A stretch of DNA of 64,000 nucleotides. Origin: Eledone cirrhosa. Taxonomy: Eukaryota. Made by a program: the position numbers and the translations under genes. The number at the start of each line of letters is the position of its first letter. Within the stretch, counting starts at the first letter, position 1. The stretch lies in NCBI GenBank assembly GCA_964016885.1, contig OZ024740.1, positions 66,588,001 through 66,652,000 on the forward strand. The letters are read 5' to 3'. This document shows, in pieces, positions 29,901 through 42,736 of the stretch. Under the pieces are notes generated by a model. That model was not told the DNA's origin, searched no databases, and saw only the letters and a program-made list of their open reading frames with translations.

Positions 29901-31325
29901 TTGATTAGCGAGAGCCATTATGAACAATGTCTTCTGTACTTTGAAGACAAACATAACGAGCTGGGAAAAAATCTTAGTGACTTTAACTTGCCAAGGCCAA
30001 ATAATATTGTTGCTAATCAGGATATTGGCAATTTGGAGTTATTGCTTGAATTGCAATACAGAAGAGAAGAGCAGCGACGATTTGTAGAAGAGACGGAGCC
30101 TCTATTGAATAGTGAACAAAAACACGTGTACGACTTCGTTTGTAACAGGCTAGAGACGAACACATCTGCATTGATTTTCATTGACGCTCCAGGTGGAACA
30201 GGAAAGACATTCCTGATTAATTTAATTTTTTCAAAAGTCAGGGGAAACAGCGACGTGGCTATTGCTGTTGCGTCATCTGGCATTGCCGCAACACTGATGC
30301 TTGGTGGAAGAACAGCGTATTCTGGTTCAAAATACCGATAGTAGTGGAAGAAAATCGTCTGTGCAACATTGATAAAAACTCAACGACGGCAAACCTCTTC
30401 CAGCATACAAGGCTGATTGTTTGGGATGAGTGTCCTATGATTCGGGGGAATGAAGCGGACGTGGAAAACGCCTACATTAAAAAAGTTTAGTTTTGGCGAA
30501 GGTTCAAAAGTTTTCAGTTGAAGACAAACATGCGATTGGGTGGGGAGCAGGAGACTATTCACAGTTCCTATTGGATATTGGAGAAGATAAGATTTAAAAA
30601 AAACTGAAAATGAGAAAATTATGTTGCCAAAAGAAATGGTTCTCCAAGCAACAACTATGGGAAAATGTATTGATTTCATCTACCCCTTATTCGACAATCC
30701 AGCTGAAGTGTTTTCGAACAATTGCATCTTAGTACCTCTCAATGAAATGATGAGAACCATCAATTCCACCTGTATCAGACACTTCCCTGGAACCATAAAA
30801 GAGTAAGATCCTATAATTATGTGAATGATACTCATTTCCCGACTGAATTCCTTGATTCGGTTGAACTATCAGGACTGCCACCACATAACCTGGAATTGAA
30901 AAAAGGATCGCCAATAATTCTGATGAGAGACTTGAATCCTCCAAGGCTTTGTAATAGAACTCGCATGATCGTGGAAGAACTGCACGACATCTCATAGTAG
31001 CAAGAATCAACACTGCTGCTTTCAGAAATGAGATCGTTATGATACCAAGAATAAGAATTAATATATCCGAAGGTGAGGATATCCCGTTGCAGCGAAGCCA
31101 ATTCCCAGTTCAATCGTGCTTCGCTATAACTATTCATAAAGCACAAGGACAAACTATGGAACACGTCTTGGTTTATCTGGAACGACCTGTATTATTCCAA
31201 CACGGTCAACGACCTGTATTATTCCAGCCGCGGAAAACGAAAAGAAAATGTCAGGGTGTTTTCTGAAGGATACCCAGTCAACTAAGAATGTTGTCATCAA
31301 AAGCATTCTTTTGAACAAACTGTAA
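26999..31325 (+). pseudogene. Helitron RepHel (HUH Rep plus PIF1-family helicase), frameshifted
   Basis: Rep motifs FFTTMTCYPNWPEI, VEYQK*GLPHV, KYVIKY; helicase FIDAPGGTGKTF, SSGIAATL, IVWDE, QFPVQSCFAITIHKAQGQT, HGQ. Multiple stops and frameshifts; probable deletion near 30445. Confidence 0.95.
27167..27373 (+). repeat. 69-bp (23-aa) coding tandem repeat x3 in the Helitron N-terminus
   Basis: Repeats of RL.EQ.ERDRSRRDHESD.RRAE. Confidence 0.8.
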
Positions 31326-31876
31326 TAGCGTAAATATGAGAAAATGTTGATTCCGACATCAGAAAATGAAAGGAGAAGGAAATACTAAGACAAGTAAGAA
31401 TAATTTCTTAAACATTTTTGTAAATACAACCAGCATTACAACTTTTTAAGCAGAGAAATCTTTCAGAACAAACAGTCAAGCATCCATAGATATATATAAA
31501 AAGTAAATTTGAAGTGGAGTAATTGGATAGCTATTAGTGAAAAATGATTTGATATTTTCTTTGTGAAAAGACTTGCGAATAATACAGTGAAAAGACAAGT
31601 TTCGCGTAAATCGGACAAAGGGTTTTTTTTTCGGGTACCTTTAGCCAAATCAGCGCATAATGGGAAAATTCTTTGAAAGTAAGGTACCATTGAAATGTGA
31701 ATACAAACGCACATAATGGTTGTGAGAGAGAGATATGGGTAGAGAGCTGGTGGTGTTGTTGAATGAAATTATGACAGGTGACTTCAAAGAATCGAATAGA
31801 GCATTACTGTATCTAGCTTGAATTTGGTGACTAAATATTAAGTTATATGTATCTTATAACTTGTGTTAGGACAGGA

Positions 31877-31907
<31 letters not shown>

Positions 31908-31957
31908 CTATCTGTAACCAGTGTATGTAGGCCACATACACCCCCACACACCAACAC

Positions 31958-32019
<62 letters not shown>

Positions 32020-32162
32020 GTACATATACACACATACATACACGTATATATATATATTGGCTTTCCAATGTCATATTACATTATATACATTTTGTGTATA
32101 TATTAATTATTTAAAAATTATTTTTAAGTGAACATGACCCAATGTATCATGGGTGGCTTAGT

Positions 32163-32700
32163 ATACTACTAAAACTCTCTGTTATTGTGTGCTTGTCTGT
32201 AATTTAATACACCCAAAACGGCCATGACGGAAAAAATATTTGAAAGGAAGTTGACCCTGAAATGGGAATACAATTGAAATAAAACAACTTTCATGAACAT
32301 CGGAGCACGGTTTCGAGATATACGGGGTTTTCCGTGTACCTTCACAAATAGAGAGATACAAAGATTGAGACAAAGAGGTAGTGGTTGTGAGAGAGTAGAC
32401 AGAAGGAGAGACATACAGTGAAAGAGAGAGAGAGAGACGGAAGGAGACAGAGAAGAAAAATTGAAGAGAAAGTACTGGTGGTGTTGTTGGATGAATTATA
32501 AGAGGTGACTTCAATGAAATAAATATAGCATTACTGTGTGTAGTTCGAAGTTGGTGACTGAACATTAAGTCATACGTACCTTCTGCCTGTGTTAGGACAG
32601 GATGTGCGTAGCGAATAGTTCCTGCTAAATGGGAAAGTTTCTAAGTCTGTGTGTATAAGTGTGTGTGTGTGAACAGTGATTATAGGTCACATACACCTAC
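32163..32700 (+). mobile_element. Non-autonomous Helitron-related fragment
   Basis: Start resembles 25517-25700; 32380-32605 resembles 31715-31880. Confidence 0.6.
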
Positions 32701-32725
32701 AAACGTATATATATACACACACATC

Positions 32726-32758
<33 letters not shown>

Positions 32759-32783
32759 ACACACACACACATACACACACACC

Positions 32784-32820
<37 letters not shown>

Positions 32821-32824
32821 TATA

Positions 32825-34842
32825 AAGAATTAATATATCTACCGACATATGTATACAGATGCATACCTATGCCAGCAAATATATATGTTTTGTCTTAGTA
32901 ACTTTGTGGTTCTATGCAGGGGGATGCAGAACAATTATATGAAAGACGTAAATAAGAAAGTTATGAAAATTGACTTACTTACTAAAATTTCACTCCAACT
33001 AATTAGTTTCTGTAAGGGGATAAATATAGTTGCGTAATATAACTATAGAGAAGCCTTACGTCATCAGGGAGTCTATTATCAGCTAAGCTTCCAGGCAATG
33101 CGGGGACACTGGGTCTTATATAAAAATAATTCAGTGGATGGAAAAAAGCGAGCGGGGCTAGATTCCAAGACATTGAAAAATTCACTGCCTACTTGTTCAA
33201 GTGGCAAATTCAAAAGAATCAATCACGTGACACTGAGGTTAATAAGCCAGGAGTGGGGGTGTTATTAAGAGAGAGCCTAGCCACTACTAGGTGTATAATA
33301 TTGTCAATACTCTGATATGCCCAGTTCCTTATTGGGTTGTTAATTCACTGAGGAACTGGAGTCATATGAATTCAAACAAACGAATTTCAGTGTCAAAGGT
33401 CCCCTTCTCCTCTCATTGGTCAGTTATTAGAACATTCCTCATTCTAAGTGTTGTTATTGTTGGAGTTAGCTTAAACATTGATTAAATGGTAGAAGGGACA
33501 AGGTGTTAAAGGAACAAAATAACAAAAAAAGTGTCAAACTTCCCATTGGTCAGTTCTGAGAGCATTCCTCAGTCAGAAGTCTATAGAATTCTTTCTGGGG
33601 TGAGGATCCCTGTAGTGTTTTTGCCTGCTATTGTTCAGTACATTTGACCTCCACCATTATTTTGGTACTGTTGTTGGTGTAGTGGTCAGCTTATATCTTG
33701 CTACTGCTAACAATTTAGAAGTATCCAGTTTGTGTTTTTTCTTCATCCCTCCTGCCGGGGGTGGGGGTGGGGTGTTCTTCCATGTATATGAAGAAATATA
33801 AGGCAATAAATGAAGAAAACAGAAAATAAATAAATAATATGATAAAATAATTAATATAATTTGTGTAATTTGAAAATAAATAAATAAATAGAGAATAAAG
33901 AATAAAGAATAAATGAGAGATTGGTGAAAAAGTAATGGAAATGAATATGGAGAAGTGAGAAATAATGTAGGATAAAGTGTGTGTGTGTGTGCTATAACCA
34001 ATCTCAAGGTCAGAATATGTTGGATAGATTGGTATGAGACAAGATGTTAAGATGAGATATTCAAACTAAATGTGTTTGTGTTATAATCCATCTCAACTTA
34101 AAATAAATATAAGGTGATACAGTGAAGAGGGCAGAAAACAATAACAAATTAATAAAGAGAAATCAAGATTTAAGATTGGAACTTGAAAGTCAGAAATCTG
34201 GTAAATTAAAAGTGTTTGTGTTATAGATGTTGGCCAAATTATTATGGCTGTGTCCGATTCTATCTCTAGGATATCATGGTGTCTGCTCCGCCTGGGTTGT
34301 TCCCTGTGGCTTGAGGGGAGTTCACAAACTAGGGTGTTGTTATTGCCCATATAGCTTGAGGCAGGTCTGGCCGAGAGGTGTTTTCATGTTCTGTAGAAGT
34401 CCCTATAGCTTGAGGGGAGTTCACATCTTCTTGTGTTGCTACTGTCCATATATTTTGAGAAAGGTCCCGGCTCTAAGGTGTCTGGATGTCCCGAAGAAGT
34501 CGGTTCTGAGGTGTATCAGGCCGCTTCCACCTCTTAGTATCTCGAGGGTCTCGTTCAGGCATAGTTTGCATATGCAAGATCTCCCTTTATCGGGTGGTAC
34601 TTTCCTGATTATGTACCAGGCCAGAGAGTATGGGGTCCTGTCCAGCTTAAGCTTCCAGATCAGGTCGGAGAGAGCTGTGCTTTTTCCTTTTGGCGTCCTT
34701 CTTGAATGAATGGCGATGGTTGTACCAGCGGTCCTTAAAGCTCATTGATGTGGCTCCTATGTAGAGGTGTTCGGAGTTGGGGGTTTTAACCCTACAACCG
34801 TACACTAGGTTCTTCTTGAGACATTCATTACCAAGGGGGTAT
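32825..34842 (-). mobile_element. PLE 3' fragment (GIY-YIG plus long 3' UTR with HHR)
   Basis: Minus: CLKKNLVYGCRVKTPNSEHLYIGATSMSFKDRWYNH, frameshift, then LIWKLK...CKLCLNE; HHR near the left end. Continuity of the UTR with the ORF is inferred. Confidence 0.75.
32992..33072 (-). ncRNA. Hammerhead ribozyme, extended stem II
   Basis: ACTCC-CTGATGA-cGTAAGG..TATAGTT..AACTATA..CCTTACa-GAAA-CTAATTAG-TT-GGAGT. The partial plus-strand homolog at 36230-36285 shows a covarying inner stem (ACAGTT/AACTGT). Confidence 0.8.
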
Positions 34843-35129
34843 GATATATATATATATATATATACACATACATATAAATATACATATGCATACATATATG
34901 CATACACATACACATATACACACATTCCCATATACAAATAATTAAAAAAAAGTATATAAATAAATAAATAAATAGGTATATAACAAGCGCACACATATAC
35001 CTACATGTAGATACACAAATGTTCGGAGACGACGTCAACCAAAACACGAAGTACACATATAAACACACCCTATATACGTACGAACCCGCATACTCACACA
35101 GACGCAAAACTCACGTATACACATAACCA

Positions 35130-35775
35130 TATACTTTTATTTAATCATTTGTATAGACGCACACTCACACATATCTATATGTACGTGTATTTGTATACCT
35201 ATGGCGAGTGTTTTCGCGTATGCTTGTGCATGTACGTATTTGGATGCTTGTATGTATTTATTTAATTTCAATTACCTCTGTATTGTATTTATTTTATTTA
35301 CTTTATTCTTAACTCTGAAGCGGAGATTCATTCGATTTCCTAGTTAGAATTTTAGTCTACGACTTCAGTTATACCAATTACGTGGTTTTGTCTTTGCGTG
35401 CAATTGTTCTCCAAGCTCCACATATGACGTATTATCTTCGTTTTTTCCGTTCATTGCCAGAGAATGTCTCTATGAACCACCTTAGAGAATATTAGTCTAC
35501 GACTTCTTTTATACCATAAACGTGGTTCTGTCTTTGCGTGTAATTGTTTTTCACCGCTCCAAATAATGACGTATTATAATCCTTTTTTCCCATTCTTTGC
35601 CAGGGAACGTTCCCACAAACCAAAGTATCGTCTTCCTGTCTTCCTCCGGTTGCAACTTTTTTTGAAATTTTCACTTCTGCGTTTACATATTGACTTTGTT
35701 AGTTTCAGAAGATCCCGTTAAGGGTGAAAGCAGCGACTCTTTGCTTAAACTTTAATGTGTTATTTTAATAAATAT
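35130..35775 (+). mobile_element. Non-coding repeat (PLE-UTR-like) with CAGA hammerhead variant
   Basis: Internal ~140-bp tandem duplication (35343-35480 / 35482-35622); homologs at 54845-55090, 59285-59407, 14905-15256 and 8385-8448. Confidence 0.7.
35701..35751 (+). ncRNA. Hammerhead-like motif with U4A core variant
   Basis: AGTTT-CAGAAGA-tCCCgttaaGGGt-GAAA-GCA..TGC-TT-AAACT. Confidence 0.6.
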
Positions 35776-36227
35776 ATATATATATATACAAATTTACATA
35801 TACACAAACTACACAAAGTCATAGATATATATTTTTTTGGCAACCATTCACGATGTGGCTCAATGATCAATTAATAAATTAAATAATCAGAGCAATATAC
35901 TATAAAGTATCTCCATAGAATCATTTGATAAGATATATACACCATTTCCTCTCACAATTAGCATAATGAACCACACAAAAACAAATTAAACCAGGCTATA
36001 AGATTAAAAGGCACCTATGAAGAAATAATAGATAAATAAACGACAGCCATCTATTATCGATCAACAGCTATATTATATTTACCCATCATTTCAATAGCAC
36101 ATGGAAATCGATTACATATATCGTCAACCATACACAATTAGGCATAACATTACAGTTAGAAGAAAAAATGCATATATACATACCTAAAGGGTGGAAACGT
36201 AATCCTGGTATGTTTATATTGAAATTC

Positions 36228-36433
36228 TCAACAGTTCATTACGTAACTGTCTTTATCCCATTGCAGAAACTAATTAGTTGGAGTGAAAATTTAAGTAAGT
36301 AAGTTAATTTTACGTCTTTTATATTATTGTTCTGCATCCTCCTGCATTGAACCACCTAGGTACTATGACATAACCTGTGTATTTGCTGGCATTAGCGTAC
36401 ATCTGTGCGCTAATGTTAGTAGATATATTAAAT

Positions 36434-36436
<3 letters not shown>
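36228..36436 (+). repeat. Diverged inverted homolog of 32825-33048
   Basis: cagaaactaattagttggagtgaaa and ttgttctgcatcc match the reverse complement of that region. Confidence 0.75.
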
Positions 36437-36458
<22 letters not shown>

Positions 36459-36467
<9 letters not shown>

Positions 36468-36941
36468 GAATAGATTTCACCGTATTTTTGACTAAAGAAA
36501 TTTTAGCCTGATAATGGGGTTTAGAACCCTCAGATAAATGGAAAACGATGAGTATTGACGTACATGGCAGTCGAACCCACATCTTTGGTTATCGCGACCA
36601 CGGTGCTACCATTACACCAACACAGCACCCATCTCTTTCCATTCAAATTAGAAACTACATTCTTAGCGAGTTTAAATGGCAAGTAAATATGTTTTGAAAC
36701 AGTGAGTAGGTTTGAAATTAGAAATAAAATAGCTCTCACCGTATTTTTGACTAAAGGAATTTTAGCCTGATAATGGGGTTTAGAACCCTCAGCTAAATGG
36801 AAAAAGATGAGTATTGACGTACATGGGAGTCGAACCCACACCTTTGGTTATCGCGATCACTGTGTAACCATTACCCCAACACATCAGCCATTCCTTTCCA
36901 TTCAAATTAGAAGCTACATTCTTAGCGAGTTTAAATGGCAA
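36459..36941 (-). mobile_element. tRNA-derived SINE, two tandem copies (~258-bp period)
   Basis: Minus-strand heads ~36565-36627 and ~36824-36888 with A box TGGTGTAATGG and B box GGTTCGACTCCC; body also at 55125-55268. Confidence 0.7.
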
Positions 36942-37114
36942 TAATTAATATATATATATATATGCACACCTAATATATATGTGCACACCTAAACATAGAT
37001 ACACACATGCATACATACACACATACACACATATACACATATATATATACATATATATATATAAATTGCGCATATTAACATATAGGAACATTTTTAACCA
37101 TCTTTTAATTTGTT

Positions 37115-37157
<43 letters not shown>

Positions 37158-37404
37158 TTGCGAGGTTTTTGATATGAGATCGTGTGTCGAAACAAATATT
37201 GTTATACTTGGGGAGGGTCATATCTGTGTAATATTGCCAGAATTGATAACAGAACACACTCACTGTTTGGTTGGTTTTCACTTTTCGCTTCTGTGTCTTT
37301 TATATCGGTAATCTAATTTATTCTGTCCTCAATGTTGCCATTGACTGACCAACGGTCAAAAATAATACAGATACATTATAGACACAAACACATATATATA
37401 GTTT

Positions 37405-37446
37405 ATCAAAGTTCTTTCGTTGCACATCTGCAACATCGTCAGTGGT
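37405..37446 (-). ncRNA. Minimal hammerhead in PLE pseudo-LTR (degenerate copies ~25234-25272 and ~40640-40680)
   Basis: acca-CTGACGA-tGTTGCAgatgTGCAAC-GAAA-gaac-TT-tgat. Confidence 0.6.
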
Positions 37447-37707
37447 GCTATTGTTTCCTCCCGTTGCATTGTATTTTCTAAACCATCTTTATTTAGTCTG
37501 TTTATATATTTATTTATTTGTTTATTTTATTCTGTCTTCTTTGCGCATGCGTTTGCGTGTGTGTATAGTGTTTTGTTTGAAGTGTGTTCGTGATTGGGTG
37601 ACTGTGTATTGGTTAATGTATTCTATCTTTACTAGTGTGTGTTTATATGTGTTTGTTGTTATTGTGCTTGTGTATGTATGTATTTATTTATTTATCTATT
37701 TATTTAT

Positions 37708-40335
37708 TTATACTTCTCTTAGGTCACTGTTGTTTGTTTGGGTGTTGTTATTCCATTCATTCTTTCTGTTTAGCCTTGGCCTTCTAAGATTTATTTCACT
37801 GGCCTCTTTGATTTGCCTATCTGCTGGGTCATTTCTATGTTTAGATATTATTCTAATTTCTATGTTGTCTATGTTACCGTCGTGTTGTTGCCTGGCATGT
37901 TCGTATAGCACTGAACCATTTTTTCGTCCTTTTAGTTCCCCCCAGTGTTGGTCTATCCTTTCACCTATACTACGAGCTGTCTCGCCTATGTATGTTGTTG
38001 TCATGTTTCTGCAAGTGCTCTCTGTACATCTTATGCTATAGACTACGTTTTTCGTTTTACAGTTTATCCGGGGGTTTACATATGATACATTTCCTATTAG
38101 AACAGTGGGTTTTCTTAAAAGGGTAGGTTTTGCTGATCAGGGATGTTATGATGGTTCCTGGCTCTTCTACCACCTTAATCTTTAAGTGGGTCTTTCTCAG
38201 GGCCTTTCTACACTGGTTAGCTAATTTCCCTCAAGTGGTAGCATCCACAAACCTGACACTCTGGTATCTCTGGTTGTCGTACCATGAGGTGGCTTTCCCT
38301 ATCTTATGTCTAGCCCTATCTAAGCTATTCCATGATTTGCTCCTGTATAATGGGCAAATTCCTTTCATGTCCAGTTCTATGAGGGTCTTATATTTCTCCA
38401 TGGCTCCTTCCTATATTCTGACTCTGTCTCTTTGGTTGTAGCCAGAGAACTGCATGCGGTTGATGAAGTGTTGGATGTGTCTTTCCATTTATGTTGGGTC
38501 GCACATGCGGGACACATTCTTCATCACTCATACCAGATCTTCGATCAGAATATTAAACTTAGCACTACTGGACATTGCTGAGTTTTTGAGTATCAGGTAT
38601 TTGGAGGCCATGGGTTTAGCATAGTGTGAGTGGAGAATTTGGGCTCTCTCGTCTATAGTGTTAATCCAGAGTTCCGTGTCTAATACAGGTAGTCTATTGT
38701 TAGGGTGTTTGGAAGGGAAGTCGATAGTTACAGTTATACTCTGGTGTATGGAATTAGCTATCTGCTGGATGCTTTCCATTGTGCTACGTTCTAAATCAAA
38801 CTTGTTAGTGCTCTCTAGTGGGGATGTTATAACTATATTGATATGGTCTACGTAACGAGAGTACATGACGTGGTCTATGGAGCTCTGATTAAGGAGATAT
38901 TTAAGTCTCCTTTCCCACCATACCATAAAAAGGCTGGCAACATCACCAGCTATGCTGACGCCAATGGCTGCTCCCTCATTTTCGGTGTAGATCTTCTCGT
39001 TGAACTTGAATATGTGGCCCTTTAGGGTAGTTTTGATACTAGCCCCTATTGCATGTGCGACCATTTTTCTTACCTGATCATTGTTTTGGGGGGTCCGTAT
39101 AGCTTTGGTCCACCCAATCCACCTTCTCATGGGAGTCTTTTTAGCCATTGAGGTTATGGTGGGGGGGGGGACTACCCCTTATGGGTCTACTGGGGCAGAA
39201 ACGTCTAAGGTCATGGCTGTCTAGGTAGTCACTGTCGTAGGTAAGTCTAAGTAGGAAGCCCAGTTCTTCTGTGTCGACGTCGCAGAACTCTACCTCACTC
39301 TCAATGATCATCTCCACACATTTTTCCACAGCAAAATCAATGTTAATGGATGGGTACAGTGATACCACATCCATGCTGCCTATTATGCAGTTGGATAGGT
39401 TCCCGTTTTTGTTGCACTCACTGATAATGCTGAGGAGGTCCTCTGTACTGTCACATACATCTGGGGACATCTTGATTATGGGGCGTATAACCATTGAGAC
39501 GAATTAGGAGATCCGGTAGTTGCTAGCTATATTTGCTCCGCATACGTGTTTTGTTGGTGGTCCTGTTGTCGGGTCTTTGACTGTCTTGTGGTCTTTCCGG
39601 AGCCCATACAAGTGTGGTGTGCCATTGTTAGACGCCTGGAAGTTGTTGGCAGTGCGTCTGCTTGGCTTTAGGATGTCGGTCCACATCATCATGTGAGCGT
39701 TGAGGATTTTCTCTCTCCCATCATGTGTTTGCTGTGCAGTTTCGCTCGTGTAGGTGATGTGGTGTTGCATAGCCTTGATGTAGTTCGGCATGCTATCTAT
39801 TGACATCCTACCAGACTTATCCGTGGGTAGACATACTACCTCACCATCCCTTGTGCGCTGCTTGAGGCTAACCAAGCCTTCTACAGGTTTCCTCCCAAGT
39901 TGCTGGGCCTCTGGTCTGCTCTGTCTCTTAGTATACCGGTCTACTATTTGTCTAATCTTATTTCTAGCTATGGTGAACTGTGCCTCTGTCTCGTCATCTA
40001 TTTGTTGTGGTATGCAAACTCTTTTATTAAAGGGTAACCTCGTAGGATAGGTATTACCCATCTTATATGTTTTGTCAGCTGGGTTGAAGAATAGTTTCTC
40101 TAAGGGGTTGTCATTATATCTATCGTCATAGTTGTGTGTGATTCTATTATTGATATTATGGTGGTTGTTGTTGTTCCTATCATTAGCATTATTATTATCG
40201 TTAGGATTGCTAGGTGTATTGTTGCTGTGATTGTTAGATGTATTGTTGTTATGATTGCTAGATGTATTGTTGCTGTGATTGTTAGATGTATTGTTGTTAT
40301 GAATGATAGATGTATTGTTGCTGTGATTGTTGTTT
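37708..40335 (-). pseudogene. PLE reverse transcriptase plus GIY-YIG, frameshifted
   Basis: LPTDKSGR, PHLYGLRKDHK, GSMDVVSLYPSI, EGAAIG, YSRYVDH (YVDD decayed), LPVLD, YIGETAR; Asn-rich repeats at 40150-40335. Confidence 0.92.
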
Positions 40336-40883
40336 ACTTCACCCAAACAAACAACACTGACCTGAGAGAAGTATAAATAAATAAATAGATAAATAAATAG
40401 ATAAATACATACACAAGCACAATAACAAACAATCCCATATAAACACACACCAGTAAAGATAGAATACATTAACCAATACACAGTCACCCAATCACGAACA
40501 CACATCAAACAAAACACTATACACACACGCAAACGCATGCGCAAAGAAGACGAAATAAAATGAACAAATAAATAAATATATAAACAGACTAAATAAAGAT
40601 GGCGTAGAATATACAATGCAACGGGAGGAAACAATAGCACCACTGACGATGTTGCAGAAATACAACGACTGAACTTTGATAAACTATATATATGTGTTCG
40701 TGTCTATAGTGTATCAGTATTATTTTTGACCGTTGGTCAGTCAATGTCAACATTGAGGTCCGAATAAATTAGATTACCGATATAAAAGACACAGAAGCGA
40801 AAAGCGAAAACCAACCAAACAGTGAGTGTGTTCTGTTATTAATTCTGGCAATATTACACAAATATGACCCTCCCCAAGTATAA

Positions 40884-40885
<2 letters not shown>

Positions 40886-40923
<38 letters not shown>

Positions 40924-40995
40924 ATACATATACACACATACACATATATATGTACACATACATATACACACACATATACATATATACAGACACAC

Positions 40996-41032
<37 letters not shown>

Positions 41033-41275
41033 GATATATAAATACACATATACATACGCACACACACATTTAAATATACAAATATATATATACATATATA
41101 TATATATGTATTTATATATATATATACACGTATATAAATACATACACACACAAGCATATACAGATATACATATATGCATATATACATACAGACATATACA
41201 TATATATATACATATATATATATACCTATATATATATATATATATACATACACATACATACACACACACAGACAC

Positions 41276-41308
<33 letters not shown>

Positions 41309-41371
41309 TACAAACACATACATACACCCCTATATACATATATATACACATATACACATACACACATACAC

Positions 41372-41402
<31 letters not shown>

Positions 41403-41491
41403 TACACATATACATACATATATACATATACACATACACACACATACACATATACACATACACACATATATACACATATATACAAATATAC

Positions 41492-41527
<36 letters not shown>

Positions 41528-41575
41528 ATATGTGTGTATACACATATATATACATACATATATATATATATACTT

Positions 41576-41610
<35 letters not shown>

Positions 41611-41777
41611 CATATATATATATACTTACACATATATATATATATATATTTATATACACATATATACACAAATATATATATATACACATACACACATACT
41701 CACATATACATATATATATATATACACACACATACACACACATATATACACACATACACATATATGTATAAATACAT

Positions 41778-41831
<54 letters not shown>

Positions 41832-41942
41832 GCATACATATACATACATATACACACAAATATATATATATATACACACACATACACACGCATACATACA
41901 CATACATATATATATACATGTGTGTGCGTGTGTGTTTATATA

Positions 41943-42012
<70 letters not shown>
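40886..42012. repeat. Compound (TA)n/(CA)n microsatellite, 1.1 kb
   Basis: Direct inspection. Confidence 0.95.
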
Positions 42013-42014
<2 letters not shown>

Positions 42015-42522
42015 TGTATATATAGTGTATTTTGCAATACACTGTATGCTTAATTAAAAGCATTTTGAAGACCTTACACTATTTTTTTAGAGTAGTGACA
42101 GTCTCATTGGCTTTAAATGTTCAGCAAACAGTGGGAGATAAAGTTGACAGAGCTTTGTTTCGTACTATTTGGTACGTATCAAAGCTAAGTACTCCACTCG
42201 TTTGCTGAAAATCATGAATGTTTGATTCTTATTGAATTCTTGTAATAATCAGGAACTGATTATACAGAGCGGTTGCCGGTCAAGCAGAAGTTGAAAATTA
42301 GAATTGGTGCTGGTGCTCTGAAATAGCGATATATATATGAATGTATATATATATATAGTTTAATTTGCAATACACTGTATGATTAATTAAAAGCATTTTG
42401 AAGACCTTACGCTATTGTTTTAGAGTAGTGACAGTCTCACTTACTTTTAATTAAGCATACAGTGTATTGCAAAATACACTATATATACATTCATATATAT
42501 ATCGCTATTTCAGAGCACCAAA
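42010..42522. repeat. Local direct plus inverted duplication
   Basis: 42010-42107 is repeated at 42336-42439; 42445-42520 is the reverse complement of ~42310-42390. Confidence 0.75.
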
Positions 42523-42616
<94 letters not shown>

Positions 42617-42662
42617 AGTAAAAGCGAAGTAGTTTCAGATGTTCAAGTCCTTTAATAATAAT

Positions 42663-42736
42663 GCTGTGATATATATTTCCATGACGACACTGGCCACACT
42701 GTTCTGTGTGCGAGTGTCGTGACATCATCAGACAGC
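42663..42736 (-). ncRNA. Type-I hammerhead ribozyme (left arm)
   Basis: GCTGT-CTGATGA-[acgacact..cacac..gtgtg..agtgtcgt]-GAAA-TATATA-TC-ACAGC. Confidence 0.85.

Larger units (their letters stand above)
25513..32161 (+). mobile_element. Helitron, decayed autonomous-type
   Basis: A|TCTATATACAACTAAAA 5' end; Rep-helicase pseudogene inside; putative 3' hairpin ACCCA...TGGGT plus (C)TTAG|T near 32137-32162. Termini are less certain than the ORF. Confidence 0.75.
37153..40885 (-). mobile_element. PLE with RT and GIY-YIG, and inverted 5' pseudo-LTR
   Basis: Body 40335 to 37153 on minus; 40340-40884 is the reverse complement of 37203-37745; (TA)n on both sides. Confidence 0.92.

Noticed and set aside
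36565-36627. tRNA gene
   Set aside because: No proper acceptor stem or 7-nt anticodon loop; better explained as a SINE head.
39504-40643. 379-aa ORF treated as a single gene
   Set aside because: Chimeric: its N-terminus is the antisense of the inverted pseudo-LTR across the junction at ~40337.
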